A stretch of DNA of 64,000 bases from Hyphomicrobiaceae bacterium (GTDB taxonomy: Bacteria > Pseudomonadota > Alphaproteobacteria > Rhizobiales > Hyphomicrobiaceae), in contig JAWKVZ010000001.1 in the NCBI GenBank assembly GCA_041397725.1, positions 602,021 to 666,020 on the forward strand, given 5' to 3'. Within the stretch, counting starts at the first letter, position 1; every line of letters begins with the position of its first letter. Under the pieces are notes generated by a model that ran no database searches, was not told the DNA's origin, and saw nothing but the letters and a program-made list of their open reading frames with translations. Shown one piece after another: positions 1 through 9,653 of the stretch. The position numbers and the translations under genes are program-made.

Positions 1-209
1 TCGAGGTCCGGCCGGTCGAGACCGGCCCGAGCCTCGACGACGTCACCGCCATCCTGTCCGGGCTGAAGGTCGGTGAGCGCGTCGTCACGGATGGGCAGTT
101 GCGGCTCTTCCCAGGCGCCAAGGTCGCCCCCAAGGACCGCAAGGGTCCGGGCGGACCGGCAGATGCCAAGAAGGGCGACAGCAAGAAGAAGCGGGCAGAC
201 CAGTCATGA
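1..209 (+). CDS. RND efflux membrane fusion protein (periplasmic adaptor), C-terminal fragment; 5' end lies outside the window
   Basis: Frame 3 translates as ...EVRPVETGPSLDDVTAILSGLKVGERVVTDGQLRLFPGAKV..., a typical MFP C-terminal beta-barrel tail. Its TGA (207-209) overlaps the ATG of the downstream RND pump as ATGA. Confidence 0.7.
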   Translation, partial: EVRPVETGPSLDDVTAILSGLKVGERVVTDGQLRLFPGAKVAPKDRKGPGGPADAKKGDSKKKRADQS

Positions 210-3200
210 GCCTCCCCGAGCTTTGCATCCGACGCCCCGTGATGACGACGCTGCTGATGGCGGCGCTCGTCCTGTTCGGCATCGTCGCCTACCGCTCGCT
301 GCCGGTCGCCGAGCTGCCGAATGTGGACTTCCCGACCATCGAGGTGACGGCGCGCCTCGCCGGCGCCAATCCCGAGACCATGGGCTCGGCCGTGGCCACC
401 CCCCTCGAGAGCGCGTTCTCGCGCATCGCGGGCGTGAAGGCCATGACGGCGCTGTGCGCTGAAGGCTCGTGCCGCATCACGCTCGAGTTCGAGCTCGACC
501 GCAACATCGACGCCGCCGCGCTCGACGTGCAGTCGGCGATCTCGACCGCCATGCGGCAACTGCCGCAGGACATGACCGACCCGCCGTCCTTCCGCAAGAT
601 CAACCCGGCGGACTTCGCCATCTTCTACATCGGCCTCAGCTCGGCGACGCTCAAGACGTCGGCCATCAACGACTATGCCGAGACCATGCTCGCGCAGCGG
701 CTTTCGACGATCAGCGGCGTGGCGCAGGTGCAGATCTGGGGCCAGCAGAAATACGCGGTGCGCATCCAGATCAATCCGGACGCGCTGGCGACGCGTGGTA
801 TCGGCATCGAGGAGGTCGAGCGCGCCATCCGCGCCGCCAACAGCTACCGGCCCACCGGCTCGCTGACAGGCAAGCGACAGGTTCTCGCCGTCAAGACCAC
901 CGGGCGCATGAGCGACGCGGCCGCTTTCAACAACCTCATCGTGGCCTACCGCAACGGCGCGCCCGTGCGGCTCCGCGAAGTCGGCAAGGCCATCGACAGC
1001 GTCGAGTTCGACAAGGTCGGCTCTTGGTTCGGCACGCGACAGGGCATCATGCTGGCGATCTACCGTCAGCCCGGCTCCAACACCGTGCAGATCGTCGACG
1101 AGATCAACAAGGTGCTGCCGGCCTTCCGCCAGCAGCTGCCGGCCTCCATCAACCTCGATGTCATGTACGATCGCGCGCGCACGATCCGCGAATCCATCGC
1201 CGAGGTGGAGTTCACGCTGCTGCTCTCCGCCGCGCTCGTCGTGATGGTGATCTTCCTCTTCCTGCGCTCGTTCTCGGCAACCCTCATCGCGAGCCTCGCG
1301 CTGCCGATCTCGGTGATCGGCACCTTCTCGGTCATGTATCTGCTGGGCTTCAGCCTGAACAACCTGTCGCTGATGGCCCTCACACTGTCGGTGGGCTTCG
1401 TCGTCGACGACGCCATCGTCATGCTCGAGAACATCGTGCGCCACAAGGAGAAGGGGCTGTCCACCTGGGATGCGGCGCTGGTCGGCTCCAGGGAGATCGG
1501 CTTCACCATTCTCTCGATGACGGCATCACTCGTCGCCGTGTTCATCCCGATCATCTTCATGAGCGGCATGATCGGACGCCTGCTCAACGAGTTCGCGATC
1601 ACGATCTCCGTGGCGATCGTCGTCTCGGGCATCGTCTCGCTGACGCTGACGCCGATGCTCTGCTCGCGCTACATCCAGGCCCACGACAAGGGCCAGCACG
1701 GCCTGCTCTACCGCTGGAGCGAGAAGGTCTTCGACGGTATGCTGGCGTTCTACGACGTCACACTCAGGTGGTGCCTGCGGCACAAGCTGGTCGTCTTCCT
1801 GACCTTCCTGCTGACGCTCTTCGCAACGTGGCATCTCTACAAGATCTCGCAGAAAGACTTCCTGCCGGCCGAGGATACCGGTCGGCTCATCGCCTTCACG
1901 CAAGGGCCGGACGACGCCTCCTACGACACAATGGTGCGCTATCAGGCACAGGTCGCGCGCCTCGCCGCCGCCAATCCCAACGTCGAGGCGATCATGTCGC
2001 GCGTCGGCGCCGCCGGCAGCCGCATCACCGGCAACTCCGGCCTGATCTTCTTCCGCATGAAGCCGCCGACGAAACGCCCGGAGCCCGACATCGGCAAGAT
2101 CGTGCGTGACCTCAGGCGCACGCTCAACACCGTGCCCGGAATCAAGGTCTTCGTGCAGAACCCGCCCGCGATCCGCGTCGGCGGCCGCCTCGCCAATGCC
2201 GAGTATCAGTACACCCTGCAGGATCTCGATCTCGACCTGCTCTACAAATGGGCGCTGATCCTCGCCGACGAGATCGGAAAGCTGCCGGGCTTCCAGGATG
2301 TCACCACCGACCTCGCCATCACCAGCCCGACGCTCAACATCAAGATCGATCGCGACAAGGCGGGCCAGCTCGGCATCACCGCCGACCAGATCGAGAACGT
2401 GCTCGGCTCCGCCTTCGGCTCCAGGCGCGTCTCGACGATCTACACCTCGGCCGCCCAGTATGCAGTCATCCTCGAGGTCGAGCCGGCCTACCAGCGCTCG
2501 GCGAGCGCACTCGCCAAGCTGTTCATCCAGTCGAAGGATGGCAAGCTCGTCCCGCTCGATACGCTCGTGACCATCGACCGCACCATCTCGCCGCTGACCA
2601 TCAGCCACCAGGGTCAGCTGCCAGCCGTGACGATCTCCTTCAATCTGGCGCTCGGCACCTCGCTCGGCACGGCGATCGACCGCATCCACGCGCTCGAGCG
2701 CAGCCTGCAGATGCCGGCCACCATCGCCACGAAGTTCGGCGGCACCGCCCAGGTGTTCCAGGAATCGCTCGCGAACATGGGCATGCTGCTCCTGCTCGCC
2801 ATTCTCGTGGTCTACATCGTGCTCGGCGTGCTCTACGAGAGCTTCATCCACCCGCTGACCATCCTGTCCGGCTTGCCGGCCGCGGGCGTCGGAGCCTTGC
2901 TGGCGCTGCTCTACTTCGGCATGCCACTCAGCCTCTACGCCTTCGTCGGCATCATCATGCTGGTCGGCATCGTCAAGAAGAACGCCATCATGATGATCGA
3001 CTTCGCTCTCGTGGCGGAGCGCGAGCAGAACATGAGCCCGGAGGAGGCGATCTATCAGGCCTGCCTCGTGCGCTTCCGGCCCATCATGATGACGACGATG
3101 GCGGCGCTCGTCGGCAGCATCCCCATCGCCATCGGCCACGGCCAGGGCGGCGAGGCCCGCGCGCCGCTCGGCATCTGCGTCGTGGGCGGCCTGCTGCTGT

Positions 3201-3325
3201 CGCAGATCATCACGCTTTATCTGACGCCGGTGATCTACATCTACCTCGATCGGTTGCAGAAGCTTCGCCTCGGGCGCAAGGCGAAGGACGCGCCCGCGCC
3301 GACGACCGTCCAACCGGCGGAATAG
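206..3325 (+). CDS. RND multidrug efflux transporter permease (AcrB/HAE1 family), 1039 aa
   Basis: The 1039-aa ORF has an AcrB-like N-terminus (MSLPELCIRRPVMTTLLMAALVLFGIVAYRSLPVAELPNVDFPTIEV) and 12-TM architecture. It is translationally coupled to the upstream MFP gene. Confidence 0.9.
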   Translation: MSLPELCIRRPVMTTLLMAALVLFGIVAYRSLPVAELPNVDFPTIEVTARLAGANPETMGSAVATPLESAFSRIAGVKAMTALCAEGSCRITLEFELDRNIDAAALDVQSAISTAMRQLPQDMTDPPSFRKINPADFAIFYIGLSSATLKTSAINDYAETMLAQRLSTISGVAQVQIWGQQKYAVRIQINPDALATRGIGIEEVERAIRAANSYRPTGSLTGKRQVLAVKTTGRMSDAAAFNNLIVAYRNGAPVRLREVGKAIDSVEFDKVGSWFGTRQGIMLAIYRQPGSNTVQIVDEINKVLPAFRQQLPASINLDVMYDRARTIRESIAEVEFTLLLSAALVVMVIFLFLRSFSATLIASLALPISVIGTFSVMYLLGFSLNNLSLMALTLSVGFVVDDAIVMLENIVRHKEKGLSTWDAALVGSREIGFTILSMTASLVAVFIPIIFMSGMIGRLLNEFAITISVAIVVSGIVSLTLTPMLCSRYIQAHDKGQHGLLYRWSEKVFDGMLAFYDVTLRWCLRHKLVVFLTFLLTLFATWHLYKISQKDFLPAEDTGRLIAFTQGPDDASYDTMVRYQAQVARLAAANPNVEAIMSRVGAAGSRITGNSGLIFFRMKPPTKRPEPDIGKIVRDLRRTLNTVPGIKVFVQNPPAIRVGGRLANAEYQYTLQDLDLDLLYKWALILADEIGKLPGFQDVTTDLAITSPTLNIKIDRDKAGQLGITADQIENVLGSAFGSRRVSTIYTSAAQYAVILEVEPAYQRSASALAKLFIQSKDGKLVPLDTLVTIDRTISPLTISHQGQLPAVTISFNLALGTSLGTAIDRIHALERSLQMPATIATKFGGTAQVFQESLANMGMLLLLAILVVYIVLGVLYESFIHPLTILSGLPAAGVGALLALLYFGMPLSLYAFVGIIMLVGIVKKNAIMMIDFALVAEREQNMSPEEAIYQACLVRFRPIMMTTMAALVGSIPIAIGHGQGGEARAPLGICVVGGLLLSQIITLYLTPVIYIYLDRLQKLRLGRKAKDAPAPTTVQPAE

Positions 3326-3367
3326 CAGGCCGCGTCTGCAAGGGCCGGGCGGGCTGCGCCGCCCCGC

Positions 3368-4294
3368 TCAGTGATTGAGCCGCCGGCCGCGGCGCGCCTC
3401 GCGGATCAGCGTGTAGAGTGCGGCGGACACGACGAGGCTCGCGCCGGCCCAGGTCTGCCATCCCGGAAGCTGGTCGAAGAGAACGAGGCCGATCAGCGTC
3501 GCCCAGAGCAACCGCGAGAAGTCTAGGCTCGACACGACCGTCGCCTCGCCTGCCTTGTAGGCGTTGATGTTGCACATCTGACCGCCGACCGACACCACTC
3601 CGATGCCGACGACCAGCGCCAGCTCATAAAGGGTCGGCGTCACCCATTGCCAGAGCGCGAACGGCAGGATCACCACACCGACGAACACGGCCTGATAGGT
3701 CAGGATGGTGATCGAGCGCTCCGTGCGAGTGAGAACGCGGATCGAAATCATGACGAGGCTCGCAGCGGCGGCGCCGATCAGCGCCAGCAGGCCGTAGATG
3801 TTGAGGCCGCCGCCCGTCGGCTTCAGCATGACGAGGACGCCGATGAAACCGACGATCGTCGCCATCCAGCGCCGGATGCCGACCGTCTCGCCCAGGAAGA
3901 TGATCGCAAAGATCGTAATGAAGAACGCCTTGGCGAAGCTGATGGCCGTCGCATCGGCGAGCGGGATGTGCACGACCGCCGTGAAGCCGCAGTACATCGC
4001 CGTCAGGGCGCACAGCACGCGCCCGGCATGCAGCCACGGCCGATGCGTGATCATGTTCTCGGGAAAATGCGCGATGATGACCGGCAGCACCGTCACGAAC
4101 ATGACCATCTGGCGCAGCAGCAGCACCTGCGACACCGGCAGATGGCGGCCCACCAGCTTGATCAACGCCAGCATCACCGAGAAGAACAGCGCCGCGGCCA
4201 GCATCCACACGGCGCCGCGCACGTTGCCGGGCAGCCAGCGCCAGCGCGCCGCAAACCCGTGGCTTCGCCGCCGCTCCGGCGCGATCTCCGGCAT
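3368..4294 (-). CDS. EamA/DMT-family transporter (10-TM drug/metabolite exporter), 308 aa
   Basis: This is the C-terminal 308 aa of ORF 3368..4999, starting at MPEIAPERRR. It shows two EamA-like hydrophobic repeats. The upstream 235 aa of that ORF are low-complexity Arg/Gly artefact. Confidence 0.7.
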   Translation of the reverse strand: MPEIAPERRRSHGFAARWRWLPGNVRGAVWMLAAALFFSVMLALIKLVGRHLPVSQVLLLRQMVMFVTVLPVIIAHFPENMITHRPWLHAGRVLCALTAMYCGFTAVVHIPLADATAISFAKAFFITIFAIIFLGETVGIRRWMATIVGFIGVLVMLKPTGGGLNIYGLLALIGAAAASLVMISIRVLTRTERSITILTYQAVFVGVVILPFALWQWVTPTLYELALVVGIGVVSVGGQMCNINAYKAGEATVVSSLDFSRLLWATLIGLVLFDQLPGWQTWAGASLVVSAALYTLIREARRGRRLNH

Positions 4295-4296
4295 GC

Positions 4297-5133
4297 TCAG
4301 CCCACCTCGCCGGCCGCCTGACCGGGGGTGTGCGTGGATACCGACTGGCCGAGATCGACCACGTGCCCTGCCGGCTCGCCCTGTGCCCGCACAGGAGCCC
4401 GAACGCAGGCCTCCGCCAGCGCCGCCGTGGCATCGATAACCCGCAGCGCCGGCCGCGCCGACTCGTGGGACATCACGACCGGGATTTCCGTGCACCCCAG
4501 CACCACTGCCTCCGCGCCTCTCGCCTTGAGCGCCACGATCGCCCGCTCGAGCAGCGGCACGCCATCCTTGACGATGCCCCGCTTGACCATGGCGATGGCC
4601 GGCTTGACGAGGTCGCGCATCTCGTCCTCGGTCGGCAGCACCGTGGCCATGCCGCGCCGCGCGAGACGCTCCTGGTAGAACCCGAGCTCCTGCGTCGCCG
4701 TCGTCGCCATCAAGGCCACGCACTTGACGCCATCGGGCACCGTCGCCACCGCCGCATCGGCGATATGAATGATCGGCGCGTCGACACGGGCGACCATCTC
4801 GCCGTACCAGGCATGCGCCGTGTTGCAGGCGACCGCGATGACGTCGACGCCGAGGCGGTCCAGCGCCTCCAGAGCCACGATCATCGCCGGCAGCGGCGAG
4901 GGCGCGGCGGCATCGGCGAGTGCATCGACGCGCGGCGGAATCTGCGGCACCGACCAGAGCACGAACGGCACCTGCTCCTGATCGCGGCTGGCGCCGCATA
5001 CCCGCGCGCCCGCCTCGACGAGCTTGGCGGCGAAATCCACCCCGGCCAGCGGCCCCATCCCTCCGAGGATGCCGACGAACGGCGGGCGCCGGCCCGTCCC
5101 GATGTGGCCGATGACAGTGCTGACGTCAGACAT
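4297..5133 (-). CDS. Asp/Glu/hydantoin racemase family protein, aspartate-racemase-like with two catalytic Cys, 278 aa
   Basis: Motifs GILGGMGPLAGVDF, ACNTAH and VLGCTEIP match the two-cysteine racemase family. The start MSDVSTV is at 5133. The stop lies 2 nt from the EamA start and overlaps the ABC ATPase stop. Confidence 0.7.
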   Translation of the reverse strand: MSDVSTVIGHIGTGRRPPFVGILGGMGPLAGVDFAAKLVEAGARVCGASRDQEQVPFVLWSVPQIPPRVDALADAAAPSPLPAMIVALEALDRLGVDVIAVACNTAHAWYGEMVARVDAPIIHIADAAVATVPDGVKCVALMATTATQELGFYQERLARRGMATVLPTEDEMRDLVKPAIAMVKRGIVKDGVPLLERAIVALKARGAEAVVLGCTEIPVVMSHESARPALRVIDATAALAEACVRAPVRAQGEPAGHVVDLGQSVSTHTPGQAAGEVG

Positions 5134-5857
5134 GATGCAGGATCCTCGAAAGGAACTGGCGGGCACGCGCGCTCTGGGCGTCGGAGAAGAACGCCTCCGT
5201 CGGAGCGTCCGCCTCGATTCGCCCCTCGTCCATGAATACCACCCGATGGGCGACCTTGCGTGCAAAACCCATCTCGTGCGTGACCACGACCATCGTCATG
5301 CCCTCGGCGGCGAGCTCCACCATGACCTCCAGCACCTCGGCAATCATCTCCGGATCGAGCGCCGAGGTCGGCTCGTCGAACAGCATGGCGAGCGGGTCCA
5401 TGGCGAGCGCCCGGGCGATGGCGACGCGCTGCTGCTGACCGCCGGACAGCTCGCTCGGATACTTGCGGGCGTGCTCCGCCAGCCCGACACGCGCCAGCAG
5501 GCCCATCCCCTTCGCCTCCGCCTCCTGATCCGTGCGGCCCAGCACGCGGACCTGGGCGAGTTTCAGGTTCTCGAGCGCCGTCAGATGCGGGAACAGCTCG
5601 AAACTCTGGAAGACCATGCCGATCTTGGCCCTGAGGGCCGGCAGATCCGTGGCGGGATCACCGACCGAGGTGCCGGCGACGCGGATGCTGCCGCTGTCGA
5701 ACGGCTCGAGCCCGTTGATGCACTTGATGAGCGTCGATTTGCCCGAGCCGGACGGCCCGCAGACGACCACCACCTCGCCCTTGGCGATGGCCGTCGTGCA
5801 CTCCTTGAGCACCTGGAACGCGCCGTACCACTTGCTGACGCCATCGAGCTCGATCAC
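5126..5857 (-). CDS. Polar amino-acid-type ABC transporter ATP-binding protein (GlnQ/HisP-like), about 243 aa, no cognate permease or SBP adjacent
   Basis: Walker A (GPSGSGKST), the LSGGQQQRVAIARAL signature and Walker B (LFDEPTSALD) are present. The putative GTG start at 5857 (VIELDGVSKWY) is preceded by AAGGAG. The N-terminal 68 codons of the ORF are low-complexity and unlikely to be translated. Confidence 0.75.
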   Translation of the reverse strand: MIELDGVSKWYGAFQVLKECTTAIAKGEVVVVCGPSGSGKSTLIKCINGLEPFDSGSIRVAGTSVGDPATDLPALRAKIGMVFQSFELFPHLTALENLKLAQVRVLGRTDQEAEAKGMGLLARVGLAEHARKYPSELSGGQQQRVAIARALAMDPLAMLFDEPTSALDPEMIAEVLEVMVELAAEGMTMVVVTHEMGFARKVAHRVVFMDEGRIEADAPTEAFFSDAQSARARQFLSRILHHV

Positions 5858-6111
5858 GGGTCCCGGCTCCTTTGCGCACCGCCCGCGCCCGGCCGCGGCA
5901 CGCCCCGCGGCTCCGGGCGAACCGGGGCCTTCCTGGCGGTAGTCGCACAAACTTCCGCCACGAACAAGAAGCGGGCATGACACCGCCGTCCCCAGCTCTG
6001 AGGGCGCCCGGACAGCCGAACCGCTTGCCTCCCCGGCTGAGCGGCCTATCCTGTGTGCCATCTCACACCTGCCACGGCGAGCCCTGCCGTCGCGCCCCGC
6101 GATTGCCCTTC

Positions 6112-7497
6112 ATGCCGCGCACACTTGTCGTCACCATCGTCGTCGCCTGCGCCCTGTTCATGGAAAACATGGACTCGACGATCATCGCGACGTCTCTGCC
6201 GGCCATCGGCATCGATCTCAAGCAGGACCCGGTCGATCTCAAGCTGGCCTTCACGGCCTACCTGCTGAGCCTCGCCATCTTCATTCCCATCAGCGGCTGG
6301 TGTGCCGACCGCTTCGGCGCGCGCGTGGTGTTCCGCGCCGCCATCATCGTCTTCACCATCGGCTCGATCTGCTGCGGGCTGTCCAGCTCGCTCGGCGAGT
6401 TCGTCGCGGCGCGGGCGCTCCAGGGCATGGGCGGCGCCATGATGTCACCGATCGGCCGCCTCGTCCTGCTGCGCAGCGTGCCAAAGAGCGAACTGCTCCG
6501 GGCCTTCGCGATGCTGTCCATCCCCGCTCTGATCGGCCCCATCCTCGGGCCGCCCGTCGGTGGCTTCATCACCACCTATGCCCACTGGCGCTGGATCTTC
6601 TGGATCAACGTCCCCATCGGTATCATCGGCGTGATCCTGGTGACTCTGTTCATCCCGAACATCAAGGAGGAGGCCGTCCGGCCGCTCGATAAGCTCGGCT
6701 TCTTCCTGTCCGGCATCGGGCTTTCGACGCTCATCTTCGGCACGACAATCATCGGCAAGGGCCTCTTGCCGCCGCTGGTCGTGTGGGGCCTGGTCGGTCT
6801 CGGCGCCGCACTGATCGTCCTCTACCTCCTGCATGCCCGCCGGGCGCCGCATCCCATCATCGACCTGTCGTTGCTGCGCATCGCAACCTTCCGGACGAAC
6901 ATCTTCGGCGGCTTCCTGTTCCGCCTCGGCACGGGCTCGGTACCCTTCCTGCTGCCGCTCATGTTGCAGATCGGCTTCGGGCTCTCGGCCTTCCAGTCGG
7001 GCTTGCTGACCTTCTGCTCGGCGCTCGGCGCCCTGGTCATGAAGACAACGGCCCCGCCCATCCTGCGCCGCTTCGGCTTCCGCACGATCCTGACCTACAA
7101 TGCGCTACTCAGCGCCGCCCTGCTCGCCTGCTTCGGTCTCTTCACCGCCGCCACCTCGCACGTCGTCATCATCGCCGTGCTGCTGTGCGCCGGATTCTTC
7201 CGCTCGCTGCAGTTCACGAGCCTCGTCTCGATCGCCTATGCGGACGTGGAAAAGGAACGCATGAGCCGGGCCACGAGCTTCGTGGCGGTGAGCCAGCAGC
7301 TCTCCATCGCCAGCGGCGTGGCGATCTCCGCCTTCGTCCTCGAGGTGATGCGCGAGATCCGCGGCACGAGCGAGCTGGTGGCGAGCGACTTCTCGATGGC
7401 CTTCGCCATCATCGCGCTCATCGCCGCCGCGTCGAGCCTCGTGCACCGGCGCCTTCCCGCCGATGCCGGCGCGGAGTTGACCGGCCGGCGCTCTTGA
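6112..7497 (+). CDS. MFS transporter, DHA2 (EmrB/QacA-like, 14-TM) family, 461 aa
   Basis: The start MPRTLVVTIVVACALFMENMDSTIIATSLPAI matches the typical DHA2 N-terminus. The ORF is hydrophobic throughout. Confidence 0.8.
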   Translation: MPRTLVVTIVVACALFMENMDSTIIATSLPAIGIDLKQDPVDLKLAFTAYLLSLAIFIPISGWCADRFGARVVFRAAIIVFTIGSICCGLSSSLGEFVAARALQGMGGAMMSPIGRLVLLRSVPKSELLRAFAMLSIPALIGPILGPPVGGFITTYAHWRWIFWINVPIGIIGVILVTLFIPNIKEEAVRPLDKLGFFLSGIGLSTLIFGTTIIGKGLLPPLVVWGLVGLGAALIVLYLLHARRAPHPIIDLSLLRIATFRTNIFGGFLFRLGTGSVPFLLPLMLQIGFGLSAFQSGLLTFCSALGALVMKTTAPPILRRFGFRTILTYNALLSAALLACFGLFTAATSHVVIIAVLLCAGFFRSLQFTSLVSIAYADVEKERMSRATSFVAVSQQLSIASGVAISAFVLEVMREIRGTSELVASDFSMAFAIIALIAAASSLVHRRLPADAGAELTGRRS

Positions 7498-7543
7498 CGC
7501 TACCCGCTCCGCTTCGATAGCGCAGCCCGCCCGCCCCGCGGCC

Positions 7544-8704
7544 TCAGCCGGCGGAGGGCGGACGGCAGCGCACGTAGCCTTCGAACAGGCGGCGGGCGGT
7601 CCGATAGACGGCCGCATACTCGGCGCGGATCTCGTTGCTGCCCGCTGCGAGCTTGGCGTCGACGACGGTGAAGCCCGAGGGCTGCGCGATGCGGATGCTG
7701 CGGTCGGCCGGCACGCCGCCGCCGGCCATCGCCTGCGGGATCGAGCCGGGAATGCGCACGCCGACGGCGAGGCAGAGCGCGCCCGTCAGCGGCACGGCGC
7801 GATGCGGCTGCCCCACCGAGATCATGCGCACCTGGATATCCATCTCCTCGGGCGCCAGCACCCGGCCGGACAGCGTGCCGGCCTTCGCCGGCGGCGCCAC
7901 CATGGCGACCTTCGGGATGCTCGGGATAGCCGCGGCCTTCTCGAGGTTCGGCGCGATCCCCATCGCGACGGACGCCGCGCAACGAATGCGCTCGAGCCGG
8001 TCGAGCAGATCCGCGTTCTGCTCGAGGTCCCCCGGCATCTCGCCGCCCGTGCAGCCGAGCGCCTCGGCCGGCACGAACACGCAGGGATTGGAGGAATCGA
8101 CCATGGAGGCCGGGATCTTGCCGAGCCCCGGCACGTCCAGCTCGTCGCAGGCGTTGCCGGTCGGCAGCAGGTGACCGGTCCCGGCTCCGCCCGGGTCCAT
8201 GAACTCGAGGCGAATGGGAGAGCCCGTACCCGACACGCCATCGAGCGTCATGTCGCCGGTCACGGCCGCTTCGCCGTTGTCCAGCTTGAAGCGCGAGACG
8301 ATGATCTTGCGCGTGTTCGTGTTGTGGATGCGCACGACGCCGTCCTGGCCGTCGGGCCGCGCCACCAGGCCCTCGTCCATCGAGAACGGACCGATGGCGG
8401 AGGACATGTTTCCGCAGTTGGCGCTGTAGTCGACCATCGTCTTCGTCACGCCGATCTGGGCGAAGGTATAGTCGACATCGGCATCCGGACGGCTGGACGG
8501 CCCGATGATGCACACCTTCGAGAGCGAGGAGATGCCGCCACCCATGCCGTCGAGCTGGCGTCCGTGCGGATCAGGCGTGCCCATCGCCGCCAGGAAGATG
8601 TGGTCCCAGCGGGCCTGGTCCTCGGGCAGATCCTTGCGATGAAAAATGATCGCCTTCGACGTGCCGCCGCGCATGAACACGGCTGGGATTCTCAGTTGCC
8701 CCAT
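7544..8704 (-). CDS. PrpF-family protein (2-methylaconitate isomerase / 4-oxalomesaconate tautomerase / 3-methylitaconate isomerase superfamily), 386 aa
   Basis: The N-terminus MGQLRIPAVFMRGGTSKAIIF matches the PrpF signature. The start at 8704 is preceded by a GAGGA-like SD. The upstream 34 codons of the ORF are not used. Confidence 0.75.
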   Translation of the reverse strand: MGQLRIPAVFMRGGTSKAIIFHRKDLPEDQARWDHIFLAAMGTPDPHGRQLDGMGGGISSLSKVCIIGPSSRPDADVDYTFAQIGVTKTMVDYSANCGNMSSAIGPFSMDEGLVARPDGQDGVVRIHNTNTRKIIVSRFKLDNGEAAVTGDMTLDGVSGTGSPIRLEFMDPGGAGTGHLLPTGNACDELDVPGLGKIPASMVDSSNPCVFVPAEALGCTGGEMPGDLEQNADLLDRLERIRCAASVAMGIAPNLEKAAAIPSIPKVAMVAPPAKAGTLSGRVLAPEEMDIQVRMISVGQPHRAVPLTGALCLAVGVRIPGSIPQAMAGGGVPADRSIRIAQPSGFTVVDAKLAAGSNEIRAEYAAVYRTARRLFEGYVRCRPPSAG

Positions 8705-8912
8705 CCTCGGTCCTCCCCGGAAAAATCGCCGGCGGCTGCGGCCGTCGCCGACCGATCGTCGGGTCGTGACGCAGCGTGCCGGACGGCACGATAGGGCTCC
8801 CGGCATCTGTATACAAGTGGCCTCAGGTGTGCGATCATCATCTTCTCAGGCTCAAATGGCCCGGCCGCACAAGAACGGCACGTGCCTTGGGAGGAGCAGG
8901 AGCGCGTCACTC

Positions 8913-9653
8913 ATGAACGATAGATCCGAGATGGGCCTCGGCGACCCGTCGGCGTTCGTATCCGCTGCGGAGTATGCCTATGCCATGCTGCGCGCCGGGA
9001 TCGAGAACGGCGAGCTGCCGCCGGGCAAGCGCCTGCGCGAGACGGAAGTGTCCGACTGGCTCGGCGTCAGTCGCACGCCAGTACGGCAGGCCTTGTCACG
9101 ACTTCAGACCGAGGGATTGCTGGCCTCCGGCTCACGCTCGGGCCTGGTCGTCGCCACGCTCGACAGCGACGCCGTGACCGAGCTCTACGAGATCCGCGAG
9201 GTGCTCGAAGGAACGGCGGCCGCCTTCGCCGCACGCAACGCCACGCCGGCAGAGATCGAGGCCCTCAAGGGCATGATCGCGGAAGAGCGGCAGCTCACCA
9301 AGACGCCGGAAGCTCTCGCACGCCACAACATCCGCTTTCACCGGGCGCTGCACGTCGCCGCCCACAACCGCTTTCTGGTGAAGAGCCTGAACGCCCTCCA
9401 CGACGCCATGGACCTCCTGCGCCCGACGACCTATGGCGTGAGCGGGCGACCGAAAGAGGCCTGGAACGAGCATCGCGCCGTCGTCGAGGCCATCGCCACC
9501 GGTGACGCCGCAGCCGCCGAGGCCGCCGCGCGCAGCCACGTACGCCGCTCCTTCGAGTTGCGCCGCGTGACGTTCCTGAACGAAGACGACCCAAACGCTG
9601 CGGCGCGTGACGTCGGTGTTGACAGAGGTGACCGCAAGGCCAAAACTCGCTAA
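8913..9653 (+). CDS. GntR-family transcriptional regulator (FadR/FCD-type C-terminal domain), 246 aa
   Basis: A winged-HTH N-terminus (YAYAMLRAGIENGELPPGKRLRETEVSDWLGVSRTPVRQAL) is followed by an FCD-like helical domain. GGGAGGAG precedes the ATG at 8913. The gene is divergent from the PrpF gene. Confidence 0.8.
   Translation: MNDRSEMGLGDPSAFVSAAEYAYAMLRAGIENGELPPGKRLRETEVSDWLGVSRTPVRQALSRLQTEGLLASGSRSGLVVATLDSDAVTELYEIREVLEGTAAAFAARNATPAEIEALKGMIAEERQLTKTPEALARHNIRFHRALHVAAHNRFLVKSLNALHDAMDLLRPTTYGVSGRPKEAWNEHRAVVEAIATGDAAAAEAAARSHVRRSFELRRVTFLNEDDPNAAARDVGVDRGDRKAKTR

Noticed and set aside
469-3313. Long overlapping ORFs inside the RND pump gene on both strands (for example 469..2109 +, 1526..3313 -, 2248..3378 +)
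   Set aside because: Arg/Gly/Asp-rich low-complexity translations typical of out-of-frame high-GC DNA. They lie wholly within a well-supported AcrB-type CDS.
3368-6061. N-terminal extensions of ORF 3368..4999 (235 extra aa) and ORF 5126..6061 (68 extra aa)
   Set aside because: The extensions are low-complexity and overlap the neighbouring racemase and the divergent intergenic region. Internal starts give proteins of canonical length with SD sequences.
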